Source: a virus
Taxonomy: Duplodnaviria > Caudoviricetes
IMG/VR virus record: IMGVR_UViG_3300037502_001755
Span: 1-63,210 of that record
Length of the DNA: 63,210 nucleotides
Strand: one strand, 5' to 3'
A program made the translations under genes and the position numbers. Within the stretch, counting starts at the first letter, position 1. Every line of letters begins with the position of its first letter. Positions 1 to 9,958 of the stretch are shown here, in pieces. Under the pieces are notes generated by a model that worked only from the letters and a program-made list of their open reading frames with translations, made no database searches and had not been told where the DNA came from.

Positions 1-2949
1 CACTTTGGCCTGCGCGAAATGCTTGGCGGGGATTACGCCAAGGTCATGAACGACATCTACGACGGCAACGAGGATACCCGCGCCCAAGCCGACGCCAAGA
101 TGGCCGCCGACCCCGCACTGTCTCGTGAAGTCGCTGTGGAAGAAGTTTTGGCAGAGCTTGCAGAGCAAGGCCCCAACGCTAACTCCAAGGCCATGAACGC
201 GCTGCGCCGCATCTTCTACGCTATCAAACGCTGGTTTGCGGACAAGCTGGGCATAAAGAACGTATCGGATTCAGAAATTCGTCAACTCGTGGCGGATGCG
301 CGGCGGTTTGTGAAGAAGGGTGTGGGAGCGCGGGGCGGAGATGTTGACACCAGCACTGCCCTGTACCGCACCCGTGCGACCTACGCCAACCCGGAGATGG
401 CCGAACTTGGTAAATCCACCGACCGCATGGTGGCCCGCCAGAGAACGATGTGGGAGAAGATCAAGGCCAACACGTCCGGGCTGGCGTTTGAGACCCAGCT
501 TGTGGATCGCTTCGCGGGCTTTGAGCGTCTGGCCAAGTACATGGAGCCGCTCAAGGGTTCCCAGATGCTGTACTACCTGCGCATGTATGACCAGCGCATG
601 AACGCCGTGTCGCAGTCGGTCTCCGAAGGCGCTCCGCAACTGATTGAGAAGACCCGCCCCGACGGGCGCAAAGAATACGTGCTGGAGTCCAAGGCTGGGC
701 CGAGCATCAAGGGTGTGGTGGAAACGCTGCGCGGAGCGCAGAAACATGTGGGCAACGCTGAGGCGGTCAACCGCATGTTCACCAAGTATCTGGCAGCCAT
801 CCGTGCCAAGCGCGTCGGACTGGAGGCACTGCACTTTGGCGATGAAGTTACGCAAGAGATGCTCGACGCCACGCTGCGCGCGGTGGACGGCAACCCGGAA
901 CTCAAGAGAATCTTCGAGGCAGCGCGGGGGGAGTACAACTCGTACAACCGCAACTTGATGAAGTTCTTGGCGGACACGGGCGCTATCTCTGCGTCGCTTG
1001 CGGAAAAGCTGTCGTCAACCAACGACTACATCCCGTTCTACCGGGAGCAAAACGGCAACGCCATGCTGATCATCAGCGGCGAAACCCCGATCCGGGTCGG
1101 CAGTATTGCGGAGCAACCGTACCTGAAAGAACTGGTAGGCGGCGACGAAGCCATCCTTGACTTCATGACTTCCAGCGTGCAGAACACCAACATGCTGGTG
1201 GATATGGGGCTGCGCAATCTGGCCACCAAGAACGCCATATTCGAGCTGATCAACCTGAACGCTGCCAAGATCGTCAAAGGCCGCCCGTCCGGCGCAGACG
1301 TGGTGAAGTTCAAGGTCGATGGCGAAGATCGCTACGCGGTTGTGGACACCGAAACGGTGACGGTTGGCGGCAAGAAGTTTGATACTGGCGTGCCTGCCGA
1401 TCTGCTGGTCAAAGGCATGGAAGGTATCCCGGCGCAGATTCCGTTTGTCTTCCGCATGATGGGGGTGCCCGCGCAGTTGCTGCGCAAGGCCGTCACGCTG
1501 TCTCCGCTGTACATGGCCAAGCAGGTGTTCCGCGATTCGTTGGCAGCCCCGATTGTGTCTGGGGCGAACTTCACGCCTGTGCTGGGCGCGCTGCGCCAGA
1601 TCGGCAGCCCCGCTGCTGCCACGCTGGAGAGCCGGTTCGTTACTGGCGGCCAGTACATGACGGGTACATCCGAGGACTTGTCCAAAATTTTGCGGGATAT
1701 TGCGTCGGGTAAGCCCGGCTGGATGAACGCACTGGGTAAGTTTGAGGCGATGGGTATGTCCGCAGATGCGCTGACTCGCCGGGCCCAGTACAACAGCTAC
1801 ATCGCGCAGGGCATGTCGGAGATGGAAGCTACCCTGATGGCGCTGGAGTCGATGAACTTCAACAAGCGCGGCGCGTCGCCCAGCATCCACATCCTGAACT
1901 CGCTGATCCCGTTCCTGAACGCTCAGATTCAAGGCTTGAACGTTCTGTACAAGGCGTTTACCGGTAAGCTGCCGTTCAACGACAAGCTGAAGATTCAGCA
2001 AAAGCTGCTGCTTCGGGGCGGCATGATGGCCGTTGCGTCGATGGTCTACGCCGCCATGATGGAAGAGGACGAGGCGTACAAGAATGCCACGCCTGACCAG
2101 AAGTACGGCAACTGGTTTGTCCGACTGCCGGGCTTTGACGAGCCGGTGCGCTTGCCTGTGCCGTTTGAAATTGGCTACATCTTTAAGGCGCTGCCCGAGG
2201 CTGTCTACAACACCATGACCCAGAAGGACGGCGGGGAGGAGGCGGTCAAGGCGTTCAAGCAAATTCTGCTCCAGACGATCCCGGGCGGCTCCAGCTACGG
2301 CATCCCGCAGGCCCTCAAGCCCGCCATCGAGGCGGGGCTGGGCAAGTCGTTCTACACCGGACGGGACATCCTGTCGGCACGGGAGAAGGAATTGCTGCCG
2401 GAAGAACAGTTCCGCGCCAACACCTCCGAGGTGGCCAAGGCTTTTGGCAAGGCGTTCGACATCTCCCCGGTCATGCTGGAGTATGTGGTGCGTGGCTATA
2501 CCGGCACGCTGGGGCTGGGATTCCTGCACGCGCTCAGTCTGGGCGCGCCTAAGTCGGAGTCTCCCGAGGCTGCGGTCAAGCGTCTGTCCGAATACCCGCT
2601 GGTTGGCGGCGCGTTCCAGCCCAACGACGCGGGCGGCATCATCAACACCGCTTACGAACGCTTCAACGAAGACATCAAGGTGCGCAACACCTACCAGAAG
2701 CTGGTCAAGGAAGGTCAGATGTCGCAGGCGGCAGACCTGCTCCAGCGCCGCAGCAACGAGATCATGGAGGCCGAGATCGGGGATTCGTTCAAGACCAACA
2801 TGAACAAGCTGACGCAGGCTGAGCGGGCGATTGCTGCCTCCAACATGTCGCCCGAAGAAAAGCGCAAACAGCTCGATGAGATTCGTCGAATCAAGACCGG
2901 GCTGGCTAGAACCTACCGCGAAGTGGCAGATAAAACCACACCCCAATAA
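1..2949 (+). CDS. C-terminal part of giant polyvalent virion/ejection protein (end of zincin domain, LPD38-like domain)
   Basis: Frame open from base 1 (HFGLREMLGG...EEVLAELAE zincin helix); KYGNWFVRLPG...RLPVPFEIGYIFKALPE resembles LPD38; continues the ORF starting at 58081. Confidence 0.85.
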   Translation, partial: HFGLREMLGGDYAKVMNDIYDGNEDTRAQADAKMAADPALSREVAVEEVLAELAEQGPNANSKAMNALRRIFYAIKRWFADKLGIKNVSDSEIRQLVADARRFVKKGVGARGGDVDTSTALYRTRATYANPEMAELGKSTDRMVARQRTMWEKIKANTSGLAFETQLVDRFAGFERLAKYMEPLKGSQMLYYLRMYDQRMNAVSQSVSEGAPQLIEKTRPDGRKEYVLESKAGPSIKGVVETLRGAQKHVGNAEAVNRMFTKYLAAIRAKRVGLEALHFGDEVTQEMLDATLRAVDGNPELKRIFEAARGEYNSYNRNLMKFLADTGAISASLAEKLSSTNDYIPFYREQNGNAMLIISGETPIRVGSIAEQPYLKELVGGDEAILDFMTSSVQNTNMLVDMGLRNLATKNAIFELINLNAAKIVKGRPSGADVVKFKVDGEDRYAVVDTETVTVGGKKFDTGVPADLLVKGMEGIPAQIPFVFRMMGVPAQLLRKAVTLSPLYMAKQVFRDSLAAPIVSGANFTPVLGALRQIGSPAAATLESRFVTGGQYMTGTSEDLSKILRDIASGKPGWMNALGKFEAMGMSADALTRRAQYNSYIAQGMSEMEATLMALESMNFNKRGASPSIHILNSLIPFLNAQIQGLNVLYKAFTGKLPFNDKLKIQQKLLLRGGMMAVASMVYAAMMEEDEAYKNATPDQKYGNWFVRLPGFDEPVRLPVPFEIGYIFKALPEAVYNTMTQKDGGEEAVKAFKQILLQTIPGGSSYGIPQALKPAIEAGLGKSFYTGRDILSAREKELLPEEQFRANTSEVAKAFGKAFDISPVMLEYVVRGYTGTLGLGFLHALSLGAPKSESPEAAVKRLSEYPLVGGAFQPNDAGGIINTAYERFNEDIKVRNTYQKLVKEGQMSQAADLLQRRSNEIMEAEIGDSFKTNMNKLTQAERAIAASNMSPEEKRKQLDEIRRIKTGLARTYREVADKTTPQ

Positions 2950-3100
2950 GTCCGTCGCGGATACAAGGCACCGCCTTGATACGGAGCCGCTGCCCTACCG
3001 CAGCGCGTAGCCCAAGCTCCCGGGCTTTCTCCGTATCAAGTGCGGGCACGAAGAACCCGTCACCCGGCTTCAGGCTTGACCAAGGATAGTTGATCTGCAT
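2906..3100 (-). CDS. Small hypothetical protein (64 aa)
   Basis: YPWSSLKPGDGFFVP motif typical of small phage proteins; overlaps the 3' ends of both the primase and the giant gene. Confidence 0.65.
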   Translation of the reverse strand: MQINYPWSSLKPGDGFFVPALDTEKARELGLRAAVGQRLRIKAVPCIRDGLIGVWFYLPLRGRF

Positions 3101-6014
3101 CAATCTCGTCCGTGCGTCGGCTGATGTGCATGACGTTCACACGCATGGCAGGGCCGTTGGTCTTGGCCAGCATGTCTTTCTTGATGTACGCCACTCGGAA
3201 CTGTTTCTCAAGCTGGGTCTTGAAGTCCGCGTAGCCGAAGCTCATGGACACGCAGTGCTGCTTGAGTAGCTGCTCCTCGATGAAGTACTCGGTGTACCCG
3301 TCTTGCAGGGTGTTGTGCTCGATGCGCCCCAGCACCTTGGTGCGTGTGAGCGACCTGTCCACGGTGTTGCCCCCGTCTCCCCACTTTGTCAGCAGTCTGT
3401 TGCCCGGGCCGTCAGCCTTCCACAGCACGACGAAGCCGCCGTAGTTGTCACGGGTGTAGGCGTTGAGCACATCTTCTGCCGTACGCACGCTGCGCCGCAG
3501 AACCCCACGAGCACGAGCGACAAGCTCCTCCAGCGCCCCTATGATGCCCTTGATCGGCACAGTCAGGATGTCTGCGTACTGCGGGCCTAGCAAGACAGCG
3601 GCAGTCACGACCTCGGTGCAGCCCGTGTGCCAGTAGCGCTCGTCGTCGGTGAACTCCATCTTGACCTTCAAGTGCTCATGCACGCGGCGCATCATGTCGG
3701 CGGCGGCATCTTGGTTGCGCACCAGCCACCGTATCCACGCCTCGCCAGCCACGCCGTAGTTGTTCTTGATGGACTTGAGGATGACGCGCTCCTCGTCGCT
3801 CCACTGCAAGGGTTTGCTCGGCGTCCACTCCAGCGTGCGCAGCAGTTCGCCGTTGGACGAGTGCTTGCGGGCACCGGACATGTAGTCCGTAAGGTGTACG
3901 TTCGAGGTCAGCGTACAGGTGGCATTCCAGATCGTGTTGTTGATCCGCTCCTTGTTCGCCCCCGACTCCATGCGCTCCTTGCCTTGGCCCTCGGTAAAGT
4001 CAAAGATGAACGCGGGTGCCCACTCCATGTTGTCCCGCGCCTTGGCCGTGATCTCGTCGATCAGCAGCGGCATCGAGTTGAGCAAGCCCGCTCTTTGCTG
4101 CATTGCAACAGGAGAAGTTGACTTACCCGTGCGGTAGCGGATGGGGTGCCCCCACACGCCCGCCTTGGCCGACAGCGTGAGCGACTTGCCCGTGCCCGAC
4201 TCGGTAGAGCCGATGTGCCAGACGAACCCCTCGTACTCGGTGAACTTCATCAGCGCGCAGCCGAAGCTGTCAAGGCAGAGAGCCAACATCGTGTACATCT
4301 TTCGATGTACCATCAACTCCCAGAAGTGCCGCCAACCCTCCAGCGTGCCCTTGCTCTCGGTGTTCTTGTTGATGTTCTCCAACCCGGGCATCGGCACCGC
4401 AATCTCCCGACCGTCCTTGGTGAAAACCCTATAGTTGTAGACGAAGCTGCCATCCTTCTGCCAGCCGCACTGCAACGGCACATCAATCGCTTTGCGGGTG
4501 AGAGACGCCTCCTCCACGCAAGCCCGCACGTAGTTGAACAGGTTGTTGTCGCTGCCCTTGCCGAAGCTGGCAATCACGTTCTGGCTGGCGAGGAACTTGA
4601 CTGTCTCCTCCCGAGACACCACGCACTTGCTGGGCATGATGATATTTTTCAGGCCATCGGGACGGGTGGCTACGAGGTGTACGCCGTAGTCTTCTTCCTG
4701 CCTGAGCATATCCACCACAAACAGGTCGAAGGCCAGAATCTGAACCGTCTTTTTCGACTTGGTGCCGTCGTCGCCCTCGATCTCCCGCTCCATGTACACG
4801 CCGCCGTTCTGGCCATAGGAGAAGCCGCGAGGCGGGGTTGGGCGCTTGACGACCTGCCGTGGGATTTCTTCGTCGGACAGGTCCGGCTCGTCCGCGTAGC
4901 CAAACTCAGCCTCCTCGTCCCGGTCAGCCATCTCGGTGGGGTTCAGGGAAATGAGTTTCTCAGAAGTGTCGAGCTTGACCTCGCGCCCCAGCGCCAGCGG
5001 GTTGGTGATTTTGCCGAAGTGCGGGCAGCCCGCACACACGCCCGGGTTCTCGCTGTCCATCTTCAGGCACGGGTATGGGCCTTTGATCTGCGCCAGCTTC
5101 TCGTGCATGCGCTGCTCGGGGTACGGATGCAGGGCGCTGACCCACTTTGACCAGTCGTCGCCGTCCTCGCACACCTTCGTCCACGACAGCAGCCCGCGCC
5201 AGATCGGCTCCAGCCCGTCTTCCTGCGGCTGGTCGATGTAAGCCTTAAGTTGTGCACAGCCAGTACCGGCCATGGTCTGGTCGTAGATGTTCTCGAACAG
5301 CGTCACGCTGTTTTGCAGCAGCTTGACCTGCGTGGCCCCGGGCTTGCGGCTGGGGCGTTGGCCTTGGAGCGGTGCTTCGACCTTGGCGTGGAACTCGGGT
5401 TTGAGCTTGCCGCTGATCAGCGCCTCGAAGGCCGCGAACTCGAACGTGTCGCCCGCACCAAGGAACTTCACGTCCCGTGGCGTGCCGTACTTCTTCTTGT
5501 GGTTGCGGGTGCCCGGCACACGCAGAACTCGCGATACGTCTGCCGTCACGTTCATGTCGATGCGCAGGCCCTCCTGCTTGCACAGACGCTTGAAGTTCTC
5601 AGCAACAGGTTTCCAAGTGGCAACCGGAAGCGTATCCGTCAGCGGCCAGTAGACGTGCAGTCCCCCGCCCGAGCCAACGAACCACGGCTTGCCGAGCGTA
5701 TCCATCTCGGTCTTCTCCATGAACTGCGCCAGCGCAGCGGCTGCCTCCTTCTTGGAGGCGTACCCATCCATGTCGATGAACATGGCCTTGATGAACCGCG
5801 CGTTCACGGCTTCGCGGCTATCGACCTCCGCAAAGGTGGACAGGGCAAAGTAGATGTCACGGTCTTTGCCGTTCCATGCGTCGATGACGGGGATCAGGTT
5901 CTCAAGTTTCTCCTCATAGCGGTGCTCCTTTTTGTTTGTACTTAGTTCCGCCGCGCAGTAGTACCCGTGATCCGGGGATGGCAGAACCGCCGCTAAGAAA
6001 TCCAGCGGGTTCAT
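3060..6014 (-). CDS. Primase-helicase (AEP/RepB-like primase + Cys cluster + DUF927/P-loop helicase), 984 aa
   Basis: FIDMD, SGGGLHVYW, SRVLRVPGT primase motifs; C..YPC..CAGCPH; GSTESGTGKS Walker A; LLIDE Walker B; SD GAGGA before ATG 6014. Confidence 0.85.
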   Translation of the reverse strand: MNPLDFLAAVLPSPDHGYYCAAELSTNKKEHRYEEKLENLIPVIDAWNGKDRDIYFALSTFAEVDSREAVNARFIKAMFIDMDGYASKKEAAAALAQFMEKTEMDTLGKPWFVGSGGGLHVYWPLTDTLPVATWKPVAENFKRLCKQEGLRIDMNVTADVSRVLRVPGTRNHKKKYGTPRDVKFLGAGDTFEFAAFEALISGKLKPEFHAKVEAPLQGQRPSRKPGATQVKLLQNSVTLFENIYDQTMAGTGCAQLKAYIDQPQEDGLEPIWRGLLSWTKVCEDGDDWSKWVSALHPYPEQRMHEKLAQIKGPYPCLKMDSENPGVCAGCPHFGKITNPLALGREVKLDTSEKLISLNPTEMADRDEEAEFGYADEPDLSDEEIPRQVVKRPTPPRGFSYGQNGGVYMEREIEGDDGTKSKKTVQILAFDLFVVDMLRQEEDYGVHLVATRPDGLKNIIMPSKCVVSREETVKFLASQNVIASFGKGSDNNLFNYVRACVEEASLTRKAIDVPLQCGWQKDGSFVYNYRVFTKDGREIAVPMPGLENINKNTESKGTLEGWRHFWELMVHRKMYTMLALCLDSFGCALMKFTEYEGFVWHIGSTESGTGKSLTLSAKAGVWGHPIRYRTGKSTSPVAMQQRAGLLNSMPLLIDEITAKARDNMEWAPAFIFDFTEGQGKERMESGANKERINNTIWNATCTLTSNVHLTDYMSGARKHSSNGELLRTLEWTPSKPLQWSDEERVILKSIKNNYGVAGEAWIRWLVRNQDAAADMMRRVHEHLKVKMEFTDDERYWHTGCTEVVTAAVLLGPQYADILTVPIKGIIGALEELVARARGVLRRSVRTAEDVLNAYTRDNYGGFVVLWKADGPGNRLLTKWGDGGNTVDRSLTRTKVLGRIEHNTLQDGYTEYFIEEQLLKQHCVSMSFGYADFKTQLEKQFRVAYIKKDMLAKTNGPAMRVNVMHISRRTDEIDADQLSLVKPEAG

Positions 6015-6034
6015 TCGTTTCCTCGGGAGAAGGG

Positions 6035-6175
6035 TTATTTGTTGTCGTCGAGCAGATTTACGAAGCGTTCCACCAACTCCTTGATCCACTCCTCGGGCAC
6101 CTTGTCGAAGCCCATGATGTAGATGTAGCGCAGCAGCTCGTTGTCGCTTAGGTTGTGAGGTTGAATGCCTTGCAT
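6035..6175 (-). CDS. Hypothetical protein (46 aa, MQGIQPHNLSDNELLR...)
   Basis: Translated by hand; fills the gap between the HTH and primase genes; below the ORF-track cutoff. Confidence 0.6.
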   Translation of the reverse strand: MQGIQPHNLSDNELLRYIYIMGFDKVPEEWIKELVERFVNLLDDNK

Positions 6176-6426
6176 GCTTTTCTCCAAGCGTCGTCGGTTG
6201 TGGCCGAGGACTTCAAAATTGTTAGTAGGTCGGTGACGGCGGGGCGGTAGGCGACGAACACTTCGCCACCCTCAAACCAGTTGTAGACAGTCTGGCGCGA
6301 CGCGCCCGTTATCTGCGCGATCTTGGTCACCGGGAAATTAAGGTACACGGCCCAGCGCCCAAGCTGGTTGCCCAGCGTCTTGGGTGCCTTCTTGACCGTG
6401 TCGGTTACTTGTTGGGAGTAGGCCAT
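6148..6426 (-). CDS. Cro/XRE-like HTH DNA-binding protein (92 aa)
   Basis: VTKIAQITGASRQTVYNWF helix-turn-helix; ATG at 6426. Confidence 0.8.
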   Translation of the reverse strand: MAYSQQVTDTVKKAPKTLGNQLGRWAVYLNFPVTKIAQITGASRQTVYNWFEGGEVFVAYRPAVTDLLTILKSSATTDDAWRKACKAFNLTT

Positions 6427-6437
6427 GGTGTGTGGGT

Positions 6438-6556
6438 GGGAGGCAGCGTGGCCGCAAAGCCAGAGGAAACGCTTTCGTGTGCATGCAAGTCTATGTCTAA
6501 CGAGGAAGTCCAAACAAACCCCGGCACACGCAAAGCGACTGCTCCTGCTACCTCCC
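6438..6556 (-). ncRNA. Candidate multibranch structured RNA between the SSB and HTH genes
   Basis: 10-bp closing stem 6438-6447/6547-6556; 13-bp inner stem 6470-6482/6524-6537; extra hairpins. Confidence 0.6.
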
Positions 6557-6563
6557 GAACTCC

Positions 6564-7520
6564 TTACTCGTCGTCCCAGTCGTCAACCATGGAGGCGAGG
6601 TTGGCCTTGGCGGCGGGCACCGCGTTGGGCTTCTTCTCCTCCTTGCGCACGACGGGCTCGTCCGCTTCCTCGACCGGCTCGGGCTTGGCCTTCGCGGTCT
6701 TCTTGGGCGGGGGCGGGGGTGCCTCATCCTCCTCGGCTGCCGCCTTGGCCTTGGCACGCGGCGGGGTTCCCTCAAGGGGGGCTGCGATCTTGGGCACGCC
6801 GTCCATCTTCGCCACCGTCATGGTGATGGCCTTGAGCGCGTCACCGGACTTGGCTTGCTCTTGGCAGGAGCCGTACTCGCCGTCCGACAGGAAGCGCATG
6901 GCTTTGAAGTGCAGCTTGGGGGACTCACTGGAGGTATCGAACTTCAGGCGCGTGACCACGTCGGTCGGGTCAACGTTCTGCGCAGCCAGCCACTGAGCGT
7001 ATGCCTTCAGGGGGCGCTTGTCGCCGTCTTCCTTACCGAAGATGGAGGTTGCCGGGAGCGCCAATTGCAGCACGTCACCACCCATGTCGTTGGCCAGCAC
7101 CACAGCCAGACGCTGTTGGTAGCGGCAAGCGCGGGAGTTTCCGTTGCCCGAGCCAGCGATGTTCTGGGGGCACTCTTCGCAACGCGAAGCCTGTTTGTTC
7201 TCGCTGTCAGCGCTGGGAGTCACGCCGTCGGCAGACCAGCAGTCAGGCGCAGCCACTTCGCTGGGGTCGAACTTCTTCATGTAGAAGACGCGGTTGACGG
7301 TCGGGGCGGCGTTGACAATCACCACGTCCAGATGGCGATCCTCGATGCTGGCAATCTCTTTACCGCCAGCGACCAGACGGAACACCCCGCCTTTGATCGA
7401 GATGCGCTTGCTGCTGCCACCACCGCCACCAGCGAGAGCCTTGGCCACGTCGGACAGACCGCCACGGCGCTTAACGAAATCCGGCACTTCGCCGGGATTG
7501 AACAGAGCCACATTACTCAT
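6564..7520 (-). CDS. Putative single-stranded DNA-binding protein
   Basis: In replication module; Cys motif; Pro/Lys-rich linker and acidic-aromatic tail DDWDDE. Confidence 0.6.
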   Translation of the reverse strand: MSNVALFNPGEVPDFVKRRGGLSDVAKALAGGGGGSSKRISIKGGVFRLVAGGKEIASIEDRHLDVVIVNAAPTVNRVFYMKKFDPSEVAAPDCWSADGVTPSADSENKQASRCEECPQNIAGSGNGNSRACRYQQRLAVVLANDMGGDVLQLALPATSIFGKEDGDKRPLKAYAQWLAAQNVDPTDVVTRLKFDTSSESPKLHFKAMRFLSDGEYGSCQEQAKSGDALKAITMTVAKMDGVPKIAAPLEGTPPRAKAKAAAEEDEAPPPPPKKTAKAKPEPVEEADEPVVRKEEKKPNAVPAAKANLASMVDDWDDE

Positions 7521-7532
7521 GTTTCTATCTCC

Positions 7533-7982
7533 TTACTTGGTAGGTTTACGAACAGAAATTTGGTACTCGGTCACCGAGTTCATGCCGGGAGGCAGCGCGC
7601 CGGGGTTCTCTTCCAAGAACGTAGCCATGTTGCCCTGCGCGATACGCTTCTCCAACAGGTCGAGCGCGTCGTGCTCCTTGATGAACTCCTTGAAAGAGTC
7701 CCAGTCTTGGGTTTGGTAGCGGGTCTTCGTTGACAACACCACCGTGCCGTTATCGGTGCGCACCGAGCTGATGCCCATCACGAGCATCTGATCCTTCAGC
7801 GCGTTCTTCACCGCATCTTGTTGGCGCTTGATGTTCTCAATCTGCCCGTCGTACTCAGCGGTGAGCCGCTGAATCTCCGCTTGCATCTTGCGATACACCT
7901 TCGCCAGTTTGTCCATGGGGATGGCCGCCATGTCGGCGTCTTGTTGTGGAGGCGGTGCCTCCTCGTCGTCCAGTTCAGTCAT
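7533..7982 (-). CDS. Conserved coiled-coil phage protein
   Basis: Coiled coil, then SVRTDNGTV..DWDSF..LLEKRI, a layout common in PolA modules. Confidence 0.7.
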   Translation of the reverse strand: MTELDDEEAPPPQQDADMAAIPMDKLAKVYRKMQAEIQRLTAEYDGQIENIKRQQDAVKNALKDQMLVMGISSVRTDNGTVVLSTKTRYQTQDWDSFKEFIKEHDALDLLEKRIAQGNMATFLEENPGALPPGMNSVTEYQISVRKPTK

Positions 7983-8003
7983 TGCAAGCTCCGTTGTGTT
8001 ATT

Positions 8004-8046
8004 TGTCTAGGGTTTGACATCGTACAATAAAATTCTGTTTGCGCAA
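8004..8046 (-). promoter_or_regulatory. Sigma70-like promoter (TTGCGC-16-TACGAT) with operator-like palindrome TGTCTA-N4-TTGACA over the start site
   Basis: AT-rich intergenic; near-identical 16-mer at 21549. Confidence 0.55.
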
Positions 8047-8055
8047 TACCCTCCT

Positions 8056-9618
8056 TCACAAATTTTTTACTTCGCTGTCGAACATGCCCACCAGCAGCGC
8101 GTGGTCGCTTACTTTGGTGCTCATCGCCTTGAAAAGTTTTTTCTCGATGGGGCTTGACTCGATGTGGTGAACTGTGACTTTGTCTGAGTCCTGCCCCTTG
8201 CGGTCAGCCCGGGCGATGCACTGGGTGTACATCTCCACCGACATGAGCGGGCCGTAGAACACCACTGTGTCAGCCGCTGTCAGCGTAATGCCGTGCGCCG
8301 TGGCCTGCGGCTGCATCACCAGCACGCGGATCGTCTCCGTGGTTTGGAAGTCGTGGATGATTTTGCCGCGCTTGGTGGCCGTCACATCCCCGTGGATCAC
8401 GTCCACGCCCACGCCTTGTTTTTGCAGGTGCGTCAGTATAGTGTCGATGGAGGAGCGGAACAGGGCGAAGATGATCACCTTGCGCGAAGTCTCCTCAAGG
8501 ATTTCGTCCAGCACGTTCAGGCGCGGCGCGGCATCGAACTCCACCACCTCCTTGTCGTCGGTGTAGGCGGCACCGCAAGAGATTTGCAGCAGCTTGTTTA
8601 CAGCAACTCCGGCATTCACTGCGCTGATCGTCTCGCCCGCTGCCCGCACCAGCATCTGTTCCTTGAGCATTTTGTAATACTTGCTCTGCTGCGCGGTCAT
8701 CGGCACCTCTCGCGTCACCGTCACAACGGGCGGTAGGTCAAGGCACTGCGTCTTGGTAAAGCGGATTGCTGGTTGCAGTGCAGCATAAACGGTAGCGGTA
8801 GCGTCGGTCTTGGGTGCCCACTTGAACATGCTGATCTTGTTCATCACCTTGTCGCGCCATGCCGTGAAGAACTTGGGCACGCCGCCGGGGTTGACCAGCT
8901 TGGCCAAGCCGTAGGCATCGACCGGGGACTGCGAGGCAGGGGTGCCCGTCATCATCCACAGGTACGTCTCGGGCTTGATGATGGAGGCCAGCGCCTTCCA
9001 GCGCCGGGTGCTCGGGTTCTTGTAGGCGTTGGCTTCATCCACGATCACGAGGTCAAACCGCCCGTCGTTGGCAATCTCCTGCGCAATCAGGTTCAGGCCG
9101 TCGTAGTTGGTGATGACAATCTCGTAGTCCTTCTGAATCATCTCGATGCGCCGAGCAGCTTGCGCATGGTGGGCCACGACGGCTGAGCGATGGATGATGC
9201 TCTGATTGATGTCTCCCATCCACGCGCTGTGCATGATGGACAGCGGGCACAGGATCAGCACCCGGCGCACATCACCGCGCTTCATCAGATAGTCGGCTGC
9301 CCACAGGGCCGAGAGCGTCTTGCCCGTGCCGGGGTCGTTGAAGCAGAACGCTCTGCGATACAGCGTGAGGAACGACGCGGTGTCGATCTGGTGCTGCATG
9401 GGCGTGAAGCGCCCGGGCCAGTCGTAGCGTTTGGTGATCGGAGAGGGGGCGTGCTTGACTCCGAGATTGCGCAGCACGCGCACTTCGTCCAGTCCCCAGT
9501 ACACCGCCACGTCGTATATCCCCGTGCTGACCTCCACGATCTTGTGCTTGGGGATGACTTTGTATTTGTGCGGGTTGCGCGTCCTTACGACAAGCGCTTT
9601 GTTTTCAATTATCTGCAA
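8056..9618 (-). CDS. SNF2/SF2 DNA helicase
   Basis: DPGTGKT, IVDEA, MTGTP, HGITLT, QCIARADRKGQ motifs. Confidence 0.9.
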   Translation of the reverse strand: MQIIENKALVVRTRNPHKYKVIPKHKIVEVSTGIYDVAVYWGLDEVRVLRNLGVKHAPSPITKRYDWPGRFTPMQHQIDTASFLTLYRRAFCFNDPGTGKTLSALWAADYLMKRGDVRRVLILCPLSIMHSAWMGDINQSIIHRSAVVAHHAQAARRIEMIQKDYEIVITNYDGLNLIAQEIANDGRFDLVIVDEANAYKNPSTRRWKALASIIKPETYLWMMTGTPASQSPVDAYGLAKLVNPGGVPKFFTAWRDKVMNKISMFKWAPKTDATATVYAALQPAIRFTKTQCLDLPPVVTVTREVPMTAQQSKYYKMLKEQMLVRAAGETISAVNAGVAVNKLLQISCGAAYTDDKEVVEFDAAPRLNVLDEILEETSRKVIIFALFRSSIDTILTHLQKQGVGVDVIHGDVTATKRGKIIHDFQTTETIRVLVMQPQATAHGITLTAADTVVFYGPLMSVEMYTQCIARADRKGQDSDKVTVHHIESSPIEKKLFKAMSTKVSDHALLVGMFDSEVKNL

Positions 9619-9631
9619 GGCTAACTCCGTT

Positions 9632-9958
9632 TTATTCTGGCATGCGGCACACGAACCGCGACCTGTCTGTCAGGTAGTGCACCTCCAACTCCCCGAGTGA
9701 GCGCAGCCGCTTGTGCACCAGCGAGTAGAAGGCATCGTCCATCACATCAGTGATGTCCACCCACTCGTGCCCGTAGCGCGTGAGCCACAGGTCTAAGAGG
9801 GTCTCCACCTTGGCGCTGAACACGTCGCTGTTGAGATCGCGTTGTGTCACTTTTTCTGCGTCCGTGATGATGCCGCCGGGGGCGTAGACCGTACTGTTTT
9901 GTCCGGTAACACCGAAGGGGCCACCCGTGCTTGTCTGGGTTGTGTATATCGTCGTCAT
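9632..9958 (-). CDS. Hypothetical protein
   Basis: 108-aa ORF, 4-nt overlap with the HNH gene. Confidence 0.65.
   Translation of the reverse strand: MTTIYTTQTSTGGPFGVTGQNSTVYAPGGIITDAEKVTQRDLNSDVFSAKVETLLDLWLTRYGHEWVDITDVMDDAFYSLVHKRLRSLGELEVHYLTDRSRFVCRMPE

Noticed and set aside
1015-2946. Long antisense ORFs (643 aa here; also 19150-21033, 4146-5150, 59245-60546, 62041-63210 and others)
   Set aside because: They mirror well-supported genes, a usual artefact of high GC3 codon bias; no motifs or RBS
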